Positions 10,101-23,600 of a DNA stretch of 55,560 nucleotides are shown here, piece after piece; within the stretch, counting starts at the first letter, position 1, and each line of letters begins with the position of its first letter. A program made the translations under genes and the position numbers. This DNA comes from Callorhinchus milii. Lineage: Eukaryota. The notes below the pieces were generated by a model. That model made no database searches. It was not told where the DNA came from and saw only the letters and a program-made list of their open reading frames with translations. The stretch is from the NCBI RefSeq assembly GCF_018977255.1, contig NW_024705303.1:1-55560 (forward strand). The letters are read 5' to 3'.

Positions 10101-11470
10101 GTTTGTTAAAATGTGAATTCATTTGATGTAGATCATGTGCTTGGCTTCATAAAATCGAATCGTTGCAACTTACCCACCAATTTATATATTTCATCTGCAC
10201 GCCCATGAGTTCTCTTTAACGTTATTTTGCTATAAATATGAATGCTGTAGTAAGAGTACATTAATGCAAGTTTGACAGAATGTGTTATGAGTGCACAAAG
10301 CATATTAAACCAATATTATTCAATTCCCGACACATTCTTTCGTCGCATTTTAAATACAGTAAATCCATTGTAAGAAATAAACTGTTGCTTAGCCATTAGC
10401 ATGTGTTCCTTCTTTTAAGGCAGAGTGCTGAGCACATCCAGTAAGGCAGATTGGTTATGAACAAGGGTTGGCCTTTGTTAGAAAAAAACCAGGGATATTG
10501 TACAAGGGATTAAAAAAACCGCAGCTAAGAGGAAACTCTGAAAAACTACAGTAACAAAATACATATACGCTTGGACAAGTAAACAAAGGACTGTACATAT
10601 CAACACGTGTTAAAAAGGGGCGGAGGGTTTACATTTTATGTACACCAAAGAGTTTGAATGTGGTACACATACACACAAAACGACTGTATAAATACTGGGC
10701 ATTCTTAAGCACATTTACTTGAAGCAGTCAATCCAGGCCAGCTGCATGAGCCGAGTTGAACAATGGTTCACAGTGTTTTGTTTCTTTTATACAACGGGCG
10801 ACACACTGTTGACATCACTCAGGTTCTCAATATTCCCCTCTTACCGCCATACTTTCATATTGCTGGAAATATTGTATCCATGATGAGAGCGTTTGCATTT
10901 TCTGAGTACTTGAAAAATTGCTGCAGCACCATTGACGAGCATGTGGGATCATTTACATGTGAATGTTTTTGGGGCTTCTGGCACAATCTCCAACACGCAG
11001 CAGGGCTAAATAAGCATTGAAATGGTGGAGTTTTGTTTTAAATCAGTGTAGTACTCTTCAGTACTAAGCCGTCAGGTTCTTGATCATGCTGTAATCAAGG
11101 CACACACACGAACAACAGTGGTGTAAAAACATTCAGATGTTTTTTAGCCGAAACCGTGAACACATTTTCTTTCGAGGCCTTCGTGAAGTGTTGTCTTTCG
11201 GAAATTGCACAGGAGGCCGAAAATTGGCCTCATCCGAAGATTTCTGGGCGATCCGTGAGCTCGTCGTCAAACGGTCTCACGGCCGCCGACGTGACGCCCG
11301 CCGCCACTGCGTGAGCGCCCAACGCGGTGCCTCTGGGCGGCCGTGGCCTTTCACGAAAACTGTTCAATGCACATACGGAGTTCCCATGCCGCACACGGCT
11401 TGGACCACCCCTCCGAGACATCGCCCCCCCCCGCCCCCCATTGGTCGTGCCTGAGAATCGTGGCGATGGC
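7160..11470 (-). other. Putative long 3' UTR of the PTPN14-like gene
   Basis: Contiguous AT-rich noncoding sequence with no obvious interspersed repeats, downstream of the stop codon. Its extent is inferred from poly(A) motifs. Confidence 0.45.
7176..7181 (-). promoter_or_regulatory. Candidate PTPN14-like distal polyadenylation signal
   Basis: TTTATT on + (AATAAA on -), with U-rich upstream and GU-rich downstream sequence on the minus strand. Alternatives at 9633-9638 and 9657-9662. Confidence 0.45.
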
Positions 11471-11599
11471 TCAGATGAGACGTGAGCTCCTCAGAAACTG
11501 GATGAGAGCCTGGTAGACAAACGTGTACTGGGTGATGGTCTGCACCATGAGCATCCTCTGTGTGCGCAGGATGGCCAGCACGTCAGGCACGTCCAGCTT
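11471..11599 (-). CDS. PTPN14: PTPN14/PTPN21-family non-receptor tyrosine phosphatase, terminal coding exon (Q-loop and C-terminus)
   Basis: Translates [42 protein letters not shown], with the family-typical QR..VQT..QY.FVY and SRLI end. Acceptor gtctacag|. Symbol chosen from SMYD2 synteny; the sequence alone does not separate PTPN14 from PTPN21. Confidence 0.9.
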   Translation of the reverse strand, partial: KLDVPDVLAILRTQRMLMVQTITQYTFVYQALIQFLRSSRLI

Positions 11600-11637
11600 C
11601 TGTAGACGACACGCCACAGCGCAACACCACCACCACC

Positions 11638-11667
11638 NNNNNNNNNNNNNNNNNNNNNNNNNNNNNN
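11638..11667. other. Assembly gap (30 N), preceded by a short (CAC)n run
   Basis: Directly visible. Confidence 1.
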
Positions 11668-14600
11668 TTCTCTAATTTTGGCTGCATAGCGTGACACGTC
11701 ACCCTGCCCCTACGGTGTCGTTTCGCTGTGGTTTGTCTATTTCTGAAGGGAAATACCTTCTCCCTTCGTGCTTAGGCTCGGAATGTATTTACCTTCGGAT
11801 GTAGCTAAGAGCGAAAGAACAGGGAGAGTAGTTTACTCACTGGCACTGAGGAACAGCTTTTCTTATCAGAACTATTATCTCTCGGACTTGTTTCCACTCC
11901 CACGTCCATTTGTCTTATCGTGCACCCATGGCAACAGCTATTGAGGTACTCACGGAGGCTAAGTGTATGGGACCGGAGGAACAGTCTTGGGCGATGGAGC
12001 CTAAAGTGGTCTCGCCGAACCATGTATTACGCTGAGGACCAAAGCTACTTAGCTAAGATCGCACTCGCTTCATTCAAGTATAAGAAGGCTAAGATAGAAT
12101 TGCATTAGGGCGTCAGGCACCGTTCGGTAATCAGTCCAGCTTATTAGTCGATCATGAAAAGGACGGGCCGGCTGATGCAACAAAGGAATGCAGGATCGTA
12201 AGGTCTCTTCGCTCGAACTCTGAAGTTACATTTCACTGGTGGTTCCCTCGTTAGCCATATGAAATCCCTGTATACCACGGGTGAAATTTTAGGAGCTCGC
12301 AGACTAATAGACAGGTCGGCTGTATGCGACGTAAAAAGTACTTGCAGGATCCTCCCCCTTCTCCATGAGGGAAAAGAGGCCCAATTTGCGAGACCAGTCC
12401 CACGCTGCGATGTAGAGACGGATTTTGTGTTGTAGAAAGGTGAGGTCCGTGTAAGGGCCTGAGATTATTACGGGTCCAACTAGTATTACGTCGGCTAGCC
12501 TTTAGTGCCCCAGGTGTGCTCCCTCCGTGTTACACAGCTGCTTCGAACAAAGGGCAGTCGACCGATAAAGTTCCCCGTAGTCCCTGGGCGGTGATGGTTC
12601 AATTAGCCTTTGGTGCTGGACGGGCAAATCAGGCCAACCAATGTAGATTTACGAGTATCTCTGTATATTCCAAAGCCCCGCTAATCGTAAGTAAGGTAGT
12701 GATTAATTATCAATACAGGCAAGTACGGCGGATCGGATCGGCTCCCATCAAACGTAGCTTGGGCGCGAGTAACTGAGAGACGTGTGCTGAGACTTATAGC
12801 GAAAAGCCATCGTGAGGTTGTTAGTCTAGTTATCGGTGGGGTTCCGGGGCCTGCACACGGATTCCCCCAAGACCATCAGAGCGGTCAACTAGGTAGTAAG
12901 TCCATGCGCGCCTCGGCGATATATGAGTTCATCTGTCATTCTTTGAACCAAACAACACGAGCCCACAATTTGCTTGAGGCGATTGAGCAGGGTCAAGGAG
13001 GCCGGACCACTCTCCTACCACACTCCAACCAACGAGCTTCTGATTGCTCTGTTATGAGTCCATATGTTCAATGCCCGCGCAAGGCTCGTTTGTTCCAAAT
13101 GGTGACTGACAACACTCTTCTTTTACCCGGGAAAGCACCTAGATTAGGCTCAACAGGGAGAGTAGTTCTACGTGCAACCGCAGGACTCTGTGGACACCTC
13201 TTACTATTTGAAGGTCTTATTGGATTTGCAGAGTACTGGAGCTAGGGATAATGACTGTAAAGGTGGTTTGCAGCCCGTGGTTTAGGTACCAAAAATGCCT
13301 GGCCCGCAATGCGCGTGTTCACGGCGGGACTGCCGTAACGAGATATCCCTACTGGGTTAAAATTAGTTTTTCGCACTATTGTGATGAAGACTACACCACA
13401 GCATAAGGCCCCGCGCTGAAGCGAAAATACTTAGAAAGGGCGTCTGTCGATACTTTACGGGAAAGTCAACGCTGTACTTCAGGGGCTTCGACAGCGCCCG
13501 TACAATGTAAAATAGTTTGTGACGTCTAACTACCTCATGCGGTGTAAAAACCCGATTAGACATGATTTACATCAGCCATGACTGGTTATGATGAATCAGA
13601 ATGGACTTTATGATCCCTGCTAAATAGGAAGACACCACAAGATTATCAGTGTCTAGCAGGCGAAACATGCATGCCTATTCGCCTAGAAGATTTAATCAAC
13701 CTACCCATCGCACACTACGGCACGCCTTCCCGTGGAGATGAATGTCACTTACTTCACTGTACCTGAACTGATTGCCATCTTCCGACGACAGGAATTTTCG
13801 GCGCTCAGGTAAGCCGACAATTAGCCGGGCGTGGACCAGCCCTTCCATCGTATAGTGTCAAGCCAATAGTATCTTAGTTTTGCGGACGAGAATAAGATCA
13901 TATAATGGGTACTCCAAAAGTTCTTACCCGGTTGCTTGCCCCACTGCGGAGAAAGCGGACGTTATTACACGTACTTGCCCCAAAGTCGTTAACAGGACCC
14001 CACCCGGTATGTGCGAATTGTATCAGGATCACCCGCTCAACCGAAGGCTGCTTCTTCCCGGTAAATAAGCCATCATTTCAGCAATACTTCAGATAAGTGT
14101 TAGTCTAGTTCTTGCGCTATCAAAATTATAAGTAGGCATACGCAGGTGGGGTTTCCCATGAATCACAAGCCGAAGCGTTCCAGACCACATTCTACCTCCC
14201 TAGTTGGCGGTTGCCGATGATTTGGATTTGTGCCCATAATCCGGAGGTCTAGGCTTAGTGTGCTTGCGCGAGGCTCTCTATGGGTCAGCGGTAAGCGACC
14301 ACTGCATTGAAAGCATTTGCACCAACACGGGTGCTCTGACCGCCCTTGCACCGCACAGTTCTCGATATGACCGTGAATCTCCCACATCCGTGCTGGGTAG
14401 ATTGTCGATATCCAGCGCCGCCCAATTTAACAGCGACAGTAAAATCCAGTACGGTGAGAGATATGTGAAAGCTCACGACCCCGCCTTGGCTACGGATCGG
14501 GCCCAGTCCAAACCCGTGCGCAGCCTCTGTAAGGCGTCTATCACACACAATAGGTACGCGACGTGTCATGGTAGATGCGTTTCGGAATAGTCGTCGTGTG

Positions 14601-17600
14601 GTAGTGATGACTTTTTAGTTAAAATCGGGGCTAAGCTGCACTCGTCGATGCAGCAGAACGTGATTACATGCGCACAGACAGAATGGGTCCTCGTCATATA
14701 GGATAGTTGCGTAGAGGGCGCCCCATAGTTTGAGCAGTGCAGTTGACTGCAATAGGCCGAAGCATCGAAAAATATCCTCGGCCGCAGTTCTGCTATGTTA
14801 GGGCAGATCTCCGCGTATTGCGGGCAACAGAGGAGCGATGGAAGACCGGGTTGTATGATCCTCTGAGAACGGCGTAGCGCAGTTCTACTCAGCGCACACG
14901 ACCCAATTGAGATCTGCAATGTTCAGACGAATCCCGGTGCCCAAGGGATGTCCAACGTTAGTATCCACAGGTTGCCGTGTAGCGACGGGGATCCTCGTAT
15001 GCCATGAGTACGGCTCGCAAGCGAGGCTATTAAGGCAGTAGGAAGGGCGACGGCGCCTTACCTGAACCCAGGCAGTTATCTACAGACCTTGAAGTTGTGA
15101 CATAGAGAAAACGGCGTACAGGTAGTGCAGGACTCGAAGTCGCGTCCCGGCTGCCTTGCGCTGACGCGCATCATGCCGGGCGGGGTCGTACACTGTAATA
15201 TCGAGAACGATTCGCCAGGTCGTTCCCCCTACCCCAATCCGGGGCAGGCGTAGGACCCTCGCTTGATCTTCGACTGGATTACTTCCTTCCACTCCTATGG
15301 AGGGTACAGGGATAAGGGAAGGCTGCATAGAACGTTTTAGCAGCCGCCCATCTTGGAGATCACGCATGGTATTTCTGGCCAAACATCTAGCCGACCACAC
15401 CGTTTAAAGGATTCTTGCTGGTCCCAATGGTTGAAGCTTTTATCACGGGTTGCGGTACCGCGGTGTATTTTGTATTGTTCATCATAATGTAAGTGCTTAG
15501 GACCGTGCCAAATGTGTATTGTTCTGTCCAAGCCGTTGAACCGTGGTCTGCATGTCTCAAGCTTAGGGTATAGCAGATTCGATACAGGATCTCGGGAGGT
15601 CTTAGAATCCAGTTTTTCAAAATGACCTGAGTAACGCCTGTAAATAGCGCTGGATGTTGCTGTGAATTGCTAGTTTCGCCGACAACGTAACATATCACTG
15701 TTCGCACAGTGGTGTAGACACTTGATGACCTACGATTTAAAAACCATACTCAGTAATTTACTATAGACTTAGTATTATCCTTACAGGAGCGGGTCCACGT
15801 GATTATATACAAGCAATCCATCACCGGTTTGGAGTTACGATGCAGCATGAAAATGAGTTAGGGTTCTCTGAAGGATGATGCGCGCGCACTTTGCAGGCGA
15901 AGTCTAAGTTGAGCACGTATAGAGAGAAGACTATAGCATATTATCCGTGAGTAAGTGAGTTAACGCCGACAAAAACTGAAGGACGAATCGTCATGTCCGA
16001 CCTGCGCGAAGCTCGTGTGACCTTCATGCTGACATCTATCCTGAACGCCTCAATCTTTTGCACCGTATGTCCTTTCCACTCGCGGATGTAGGGGCGTCTT
16101 AAAGTTGAACGCCGCAGATTCCCCCTGCTGGACCTTGCTAGTTAAAAGGTTTTAGACATACCTCCACGGTCCCATAGGGTAACCAGCGGCATCACATCAA
16201 ATTGTAGCCTAAGGTCGTCATCACTCCTCCCTTCTGTATCAAGAACGTGAAATCTATTTGGTATTCCTCACGTACGCCGGCATGCACCGATTTGTGGCGT
16301 CGTGGTCTCTGACTAGAAAGACGTGATGACCCGTCACGCATTAACACCAAGCATAGGCCGCTTTCCTGCATACTCATATGGTGGCAGGTCGACCCACATC
16401 GAGAGATTATTGAATGATCAACTTATCAGCGCTTAAATTTGGTAGTTATAGCTTGCCTTCATATTGGCTACGCCTCTTTGGAATTACGGCTGTAGTGCCA
16501 ACGAGGCGGGTTTGGATAGCTACAAACATAACAGTGCTAAGAGCACCGGTTTAGGTGCATCTAATTATCTGCATGCCGTACAGTCTAACGGGCGTCGGAA
16601 CTCAGGGCAAGGGCAACCCGATCCAATTGGTATAGATTCGTCTACCTAGGGACGGAATTGCACAGACGTCTCTATTCATGTCTCAGTGTATTGACAAGTG
16701 CGTTATGCCAGGCGTCTGCTACAATCGGTCGTGGAGTAAGTGCGAGAACCTCCTTTCGCATCTGAGCTTGGACCTCAGGTAGAGGTGACCCCCTGATATT
16801 GGGAAATAAGTCCTAGATTAGCTTAGACCAACAGGAGGGCGTCACTACGCCCCCTTCAAATAGTACGCTTTGGGTGCATCCGAAGATTAACTTTGGTTAT
16901 GACTTTATGACGGGTCAATACGCTCATGAGAGCCTAATTGGCCACCTCCGATACGTACCTGGCTACGGAGTGAGTGCCGACGGACCAACCACGAGGAATT
17001 CTTGGGCATTTGAACAGATAGCGGCTTTGTACCCAGGTAAAAGAACGGGAGCCCCGAATAATGCGAGTCGCGCACTGAACACGCACCAGGTGATCCGCCA
17101 ATCCGCCACAAGTAAGCTTTACGAAGTTAATTGAGTTGATCCCCGTATGTTATAAACTCTGGTAAGACTGATAAAGGTCACCCCGCATACCCTAACAAAT
17201 AGAAAGATAGCTAGAGAACATACACGGAGCACAGCCGGAGGCCCAGTTGTATAATGGACTTCCCAAGTTCCCCGTCAGTCTTTCTTCTGGTCGGGCAAAA
17301 TTCAATGATTACGGAGCACGTTGGTTCGATCTTGTCCGGTGAGGGAAGTTTATCCCACGTGGAATGGCTTCTCAGTTCGCGATCCTGACGCTCCTCTAAG
17401 GGACGTCTATCCATTTATGAGAGACTACGAACATATCCGTGACGCCATCATTATAAGGTTCAATGCAGGTACTATAACTGTATTCGGTTTAGCAACGAAA
17501 ATTGGGATATGGCTAGTAGTGATTAGGCCCTCTCTGCGGACTTTTAATCTCAAAGGGGGAGTAGCTATAGTCCCTTGAGTAGAGTCGGCTTTCACCGTGT

Positions 17601-20600
17601 CATTCGTGCCCAAAAGGATAGTTCCATTCTCCTAGTACGAAGAAAGGGTGGCGGTCTATGATAATGCTGGTCTGAAGCCCCCACCGACCGGCATGTCCTC
17701 GATTTCCTCCAAGACTTGCTTGAAGGGCTTCCGCGATCGCAAACATCTTGGATTAATCACCGAAAAGATGTTGCAAACTTGCCATTCTCCTGACGTTAGA
17801 CGGAGTGCCTCTCCCGAGGTCGGACCATAAAATTTGTCAATCGAGCGGCTTTAGAGTTCGGCGCCCTCGATCCCTTCAGATAATTCAAGGGCAAATGAGG
17901 CGCGACATTTTGTCCCTACCCAGGTGAGTCGGACACCACACATTGATTAATTTATAGCAGTTAAGGACGGGTGATAGACCTTATTGCATGCGTAATGGTG
18001 TTGGATGGCAGCTGAACGAATAGGGTCACAGAGCCCCATCTACGGAGGTTCCACTCAGGATCCGCTTCTAGCTAAATTCACATCGCGTGGTGCGAGAGCT
18101 CGCAACCCGCCTAGGTAACGGCGATACTTAATATTTAAGTAACTCCCCGTAATACAGGCAACGAGTATCTATTTCCAAACCCAACCATTGGAAGGACCAC
18201 GCTACATTCTAGGTGCGGCCTTTGAATTGTTTCTCAGATAGGAGGGGAATGCAGTCCCTGGTTTACGTAGGGACCCATAAACGTCAGTTACCCTGGGAGC
18301 CGCAGCGACATTCGCACACAGTAGGTTCCTGCGCCCCCAAGACGAGTCATAGTCTTCCTCGCCGCTATGTCGTTCTCGGTCAGAGCCCCTACTTACGACG
18401 TTAGAATAACCTTGTTAAAGGCCAAATTTTCCGGCACCCCATCTAAAACTTCGTCCGGCAGGTAGATGCTCCAGTTACCAAATCAACGGTCCGTGTACAT
18501 ACAATCGGTAAGGTGCGCGTCACACAGATTAGTTAGTGGGTTCAGGCTAGTGGGCGCCAGCACGCCCCCAATTATTCGCCAATGTAATTCATTATTTAAG
18601 CCTATTCGACGAGCTAGGGAATCTCACAAAACTATACTTTAGAATTGCAGCTGCACTTCCCTGTATACTGCGACGGAGACATATTAAGGCAAATCATGAG
18701 TTAAAACTATCCCAATCCGGCTAATCATGTAGTGGGTAGTGTCAATTTGTGAGATGCATTCCAACTTCAGACCATACAGGGGCGACGGGTCAGCTAGTTC
18801 CAGGCTACCAGGCCATTACGAAACAATCCTTCGAGTGGGCCGCCAGCTATGACCTGCGTCATGAGGGGGAATCCGCCATCTACTTAAGGATGGGGGTTTC
18901 TAGACCAGAAAACATCAGTGTAGGAGGGCCTGGGGTAACTACGTACGGCGTCAATAGCATAATCTTCAACCGTGGCACGCGGGGACGCCGGTTTGAACCC
19001 CCTCGGCTTTGACTGCAACTCGGAGTCCTCCTGTTGTCTTAAGATGAATGGATTAAAGGAGACCAATCGTGGCGTCATTTGCCCCATCCTCTCCGGCACG
19101 ACGAGATGCTGTTTCTAGCAGAATGCCCGAATTTTTCCCAGCAGCGCATTTCTTAACACGCCGAGGCCAGTTTAACGAGGAATCATGTCGACTTATACGA
19201 TGCACATGCTTACCCACACTTCATCTCCCTGCTCACGCCGGCAACTCCAGATCGTATTGTTTCGGGGAAGCAGCCCAGTCGACAAGTAAAATCCATAAAC
19301 TCGGAGCCCGACGTATTACGGCAACTGACCACGATGGGCTTTTCAGCTTGCGAAGGCCCGTATTCACATATAATGTAGGGAAAGTAGTGAGGTCCCATCC
19401 CGAGAAACACAATGAGCCAGTGCCGTAATGAAGGGCGAACCTACATTCCGGCCATACCCAGCTATGTATTAGCACCGCATTTACTCCAATGAGTTGTGAC
19501 GGTACTTTGGATTAGATTGTGGGTTTGAGAGGACTCGAAACTAGTGAGTATAAAACGGTGACCGAAGTCGGGTCTGAATTTCCACCTTGACCTGCACAAT
19601 AAACCACCGCACCTAGCTAGCTACCATTCTGCCTGGGCTGGCATAACGCATATCCCTAGGATTTTGTTGCACTAATTACAGTCGTTCGGTACTTCTTGGT
19701 GATGTCAACAGCACCGTACAGCCGTAACCCTGGGGTAGGCTGACATCTACCCTTACAGATGACTAACTCGTTTGCCCGACCCTTAGTACTCCCTAAAGAG
19801 ATTGTAATACGCGTATGTTGCTTTTGAGGATGTATAATCGTACCGAGTGATGTTAGGAGTCGAAAAATAAATTATTTGAGACAGAAACGTAGGCGAGACA
19901 GACAAGAAGCATGCCATACGACCGAGTTCTATTAGATGTGAGCGCACGTATATAAGCTGGTCTTGGCGCCGTTGTATGTCTTATCTATCCTCGAAAGCCT
20001 ATGAGCTTAACTTGCTATAATGCCTGCAGACCATACGATAAATTACACGGCGCTGTCCTAGCGTATGCCTACTGCCCGCCTCTTCATTCTGCGGTCTCGG
20101 CACATCAACGGTCGACCAAAAAGACTCCGGATGCCGTCATAGTCGATTGCCTGCTCTCCAGGGGTCCAACAGCAAAACGTAGATTAGAGTACCTGAGCGG
20201 ACACAACTGACAGAGTCTTGTCGTAATAAGAAGCGAAGGGACATTACTAGCGACAATACTAAGCCCCCAAATCAGCTTAACTAAGTAACTTGGAACCTAC
20301 TGGCGATGTCACTCCTGGCTACTGATCGACAGTGGAAATATAAATCGGGCCGCGAGTGGTGAGTCGTGAGGTATGGCGTATCAGGGGTGACACCAAGAGG
20401 GCGGCGTGTAATTGTGTCCTCGGGTATCCGAGCTCGTATTCCCTACCGGCACAAGAAGGATCGGACAACCCGGTCTAAGAAAAGGCCAGGCAATGCCTAT
20501 AATTCCCGAGATCGCCAGCGAGCTACACGAGCTATAGTAATATACAATCTTGGTTCTTCGAGCGAACAGTCCCTTGTTGATTCTCGCCTAGTAAAGTAAT

Positions 20601-23600
20601 TCACTGAGGACGTGTCAATACCCTCAGCTTAACGACTGGCTATTAATTTTAGGGGACAGTGAGACTCGTGATGTTCCTCGTCGGTCGCGTCAAGAGCCAC
20701 GTGTCGTGATCTCGAACGTCTAGTAAAAAGAAGGCCCATCGGTACCTGATTAGGTCATACCTCCACTACCAATGCGAGACTCACGGAGTCAGCCACGACA
20801 TCCGTCCCATGTGAATCACATCGGATATCTCGATAGCGAGGGCTCATTCGCACTGGCCGTCTGGACGGCTTGTACCGCCTCGTCCGTGACTCGCCAAAAT
20901 TCAGAGTAATGCAACGTACTTTGAACTAATCTGCGCGCATCTCTATGCCCCAACCACGGGCGTTGATTATCGCGGACTTTTCCTAGCACCACGTAGCCCA
21001 TATATAAGCATGACGATATAGGTGGAAAGCACCAGGTACTAAAGCTAAGGCTCAGAATTAGAAGGGGCGCCGCTTACTAAATATGTGTATCAAATCGGGG
21101 TACGAAACCTTTACAGCAAGTCGGCCCTATCATGGGGAGGAGGGTGTTGGGGCACGGTCCAGATTGCTAGTCGAAGCGATTCTGCGATGAGCGTATAACT
21201 GACTGAATACAGATACTAGTCCCCAAGACACTCGTGCATGATTGGTGGGATGCCACCGGAAAGAAAGTAATATAAATGTAATATAGATTGCATTTCACCA
21301 GCTTCCTTGCCCACGCTAAGACGGATATACTGCTGGCTCAGCCCACACAATGTTCCCCGTCACGTAACTCCACCGGTCATCATCCGAATGTCGTCGTAAC
21401 GCTCAGAGGGGGAGGTTAGGGTACGTCGCGTTAACTTACCGGATGCAGAAGCAAAGAAATCGTAGGAATACGGTTTCGTTTCACGAAGGGTCTAGAAAAC
21501 ATCGTACATCCCAAGTCGGCCCGGCAGCTCTGACTAATAAACTAACGCAGTCGAAACACGCACCAACGTCTTGACCACGGGTTGCAATTTCGACGGGCGA
21601 AGACCGTTTTCGACAGGTTCGGGATCGGGCCCCAATTAGCCACTTGAACGATGATTTCCTAGCTTGCAGTGATCAGGACTACATCGCACTACAAATATTC
21701 GTCGAATTAAGAGCCCGCTACCAATTAGCTGGTTGTTAGGGCAACTGGCGTGGGACAGCATCATCTTTGACCGGATGTGCTTTTCGTCGACAGCTTGTTG
21801 ACAAATCCTGATGTAAGTATGACAGGAAATACCTATTTTTTAGGAACAGCCATAAATATTAGTGAGGAGGCATCACGTGTTCTAACACTGATGGTGCGAC
21901 CGGTACTCTGCAAGTACTAATAAGACAAAACAAGCACAGTAGTAGTTGTCAAAAAAGAAGTCTTAGCGTCGGGTTTTACGTATGTGGTGCCTGCCAGTTC
22001 TATGTTACGTAGACCCGCAGGGCAACGTAGATTCATTTCAGCGTCTAGATGGGAATCGAGCAAGAGGGCCCCACAAGAAAGTTGAATCGCCTCCTCCACG
22101 GCAGTAGATCGTGCAAGCTGCGAGGTGCTGGGGGGCGAAGTAGACGGCTTGCAAACAGTTAAAGAAACTAATGCTACTATGAACACTAGTCGACGTTCCC
22201 AATACTTACGGTCCGATAAAGTACAAAATGGCTAGCTTAGACCGTCGGAACAGTTATTACATCCCCAGTCACTCGGAACAAGATTTAGGGCCATCGGATA
22301 AGTTCGGCATAGACCCACCAACGAAATAAAACAGATAATGCCTAGTCTGGTGACGAATGAAGCCCAAACTGCATGCTGTCACCAACCCCGAGCAATGGAC
22401 TGCGGCGACTATGTAAAGGAGAGCCATAAATGGCTATCGTGGTAAGTAACTATGCCGCGGTTCAAGAGCAATCCCATCACGCTAATACCCTATGCACTAC
22501 TAAAGACAGGTCGACGGACATACAGAAGGGCTGACCATGGTTGCGCCTCCTAACAGGAACAAGTGGCAGAGAACAGCGTACCGAAATGGAAGTGTGGGGA
22601 GAGCGTGGAACGGTAGTGCATAGGGCTTCGTGCTATTCTGAGATCCGGCAACAGGCCGCTGCCTAACATCATGCTTTTCTCGCATGGGGGCTGGCACTAT
22701 CGAGTCGTCAACAAGGTTTGAATTGCGTTGGTTTAGGGAACCGGTACGCGCGGGGAGAGAGTTCTTATTTCACAACATCAGCGATGTCTGCTGGTAACTA
22801 CAAATTCTTATAGGAGGCGAATCAGAGTTACCCCGCTCCAAGTTGAGTAGGCAGCTCTAAGGTAGGATAGAGCTGCGTCGGTCTCTAACGGGTCCCGCCG
22901 ATCCGTAAGTAATCACCTAACGCTAATCCAACCGAGAGTCGGCGAAACAGGAAGCGCAAGGTGTCGCAGGAAACGATATATACTTAGCCCAATTTGAGCC
23001 CTCCTAGGCAGAGTCCACGTAGTAGGTCCCCAACGATGATGGACGCGAAGTTTATCTCTTGTAGTATAGTGTTTTGCGAATCAAGACCGCTGCTTTCACT
23101 GCTTGTTATTGCGTCTCCAATTACTCAAATGAGTGGACGGTTCGGTTCTCTCCATTCATAGATCGTTTATGGCAAGCAAGAACCATGGGGGTGTCCGCAA
23201 GAAGCACAACCAGAACAGTCGGATAATAGTAGCTCTCAACAGTTCTCGCGACGATAACTGGTCCCAACCAGTCGGGGTTAGTCATCGTTTTCTCACTATC
23301 TGATCCATCGTGTCGGCTGCGCCGCTAAGCGATCAGAACAGCCCTCGCGCAACTGCTCTGTCATGCCACTAGTTACAAGGTGAAAATGGTACCCGTCTTG
23401 CGTACCTGAAAGATATAGTTCCAAATTTCGGGCCTGCTTCTGTATTTCTATGGTCGAGTGTCTGTATTCATCGCCATTATCCATGTCTCCAGGCGCGACC
23501 GGCAATGAGTATTTACGTCCGGTTTTCTATTATAACTAACATTCTGTGTGAGTGTGGCCCACGGAACTCTCTATGCTATTTCGGCCAACCCACGTAGTGA

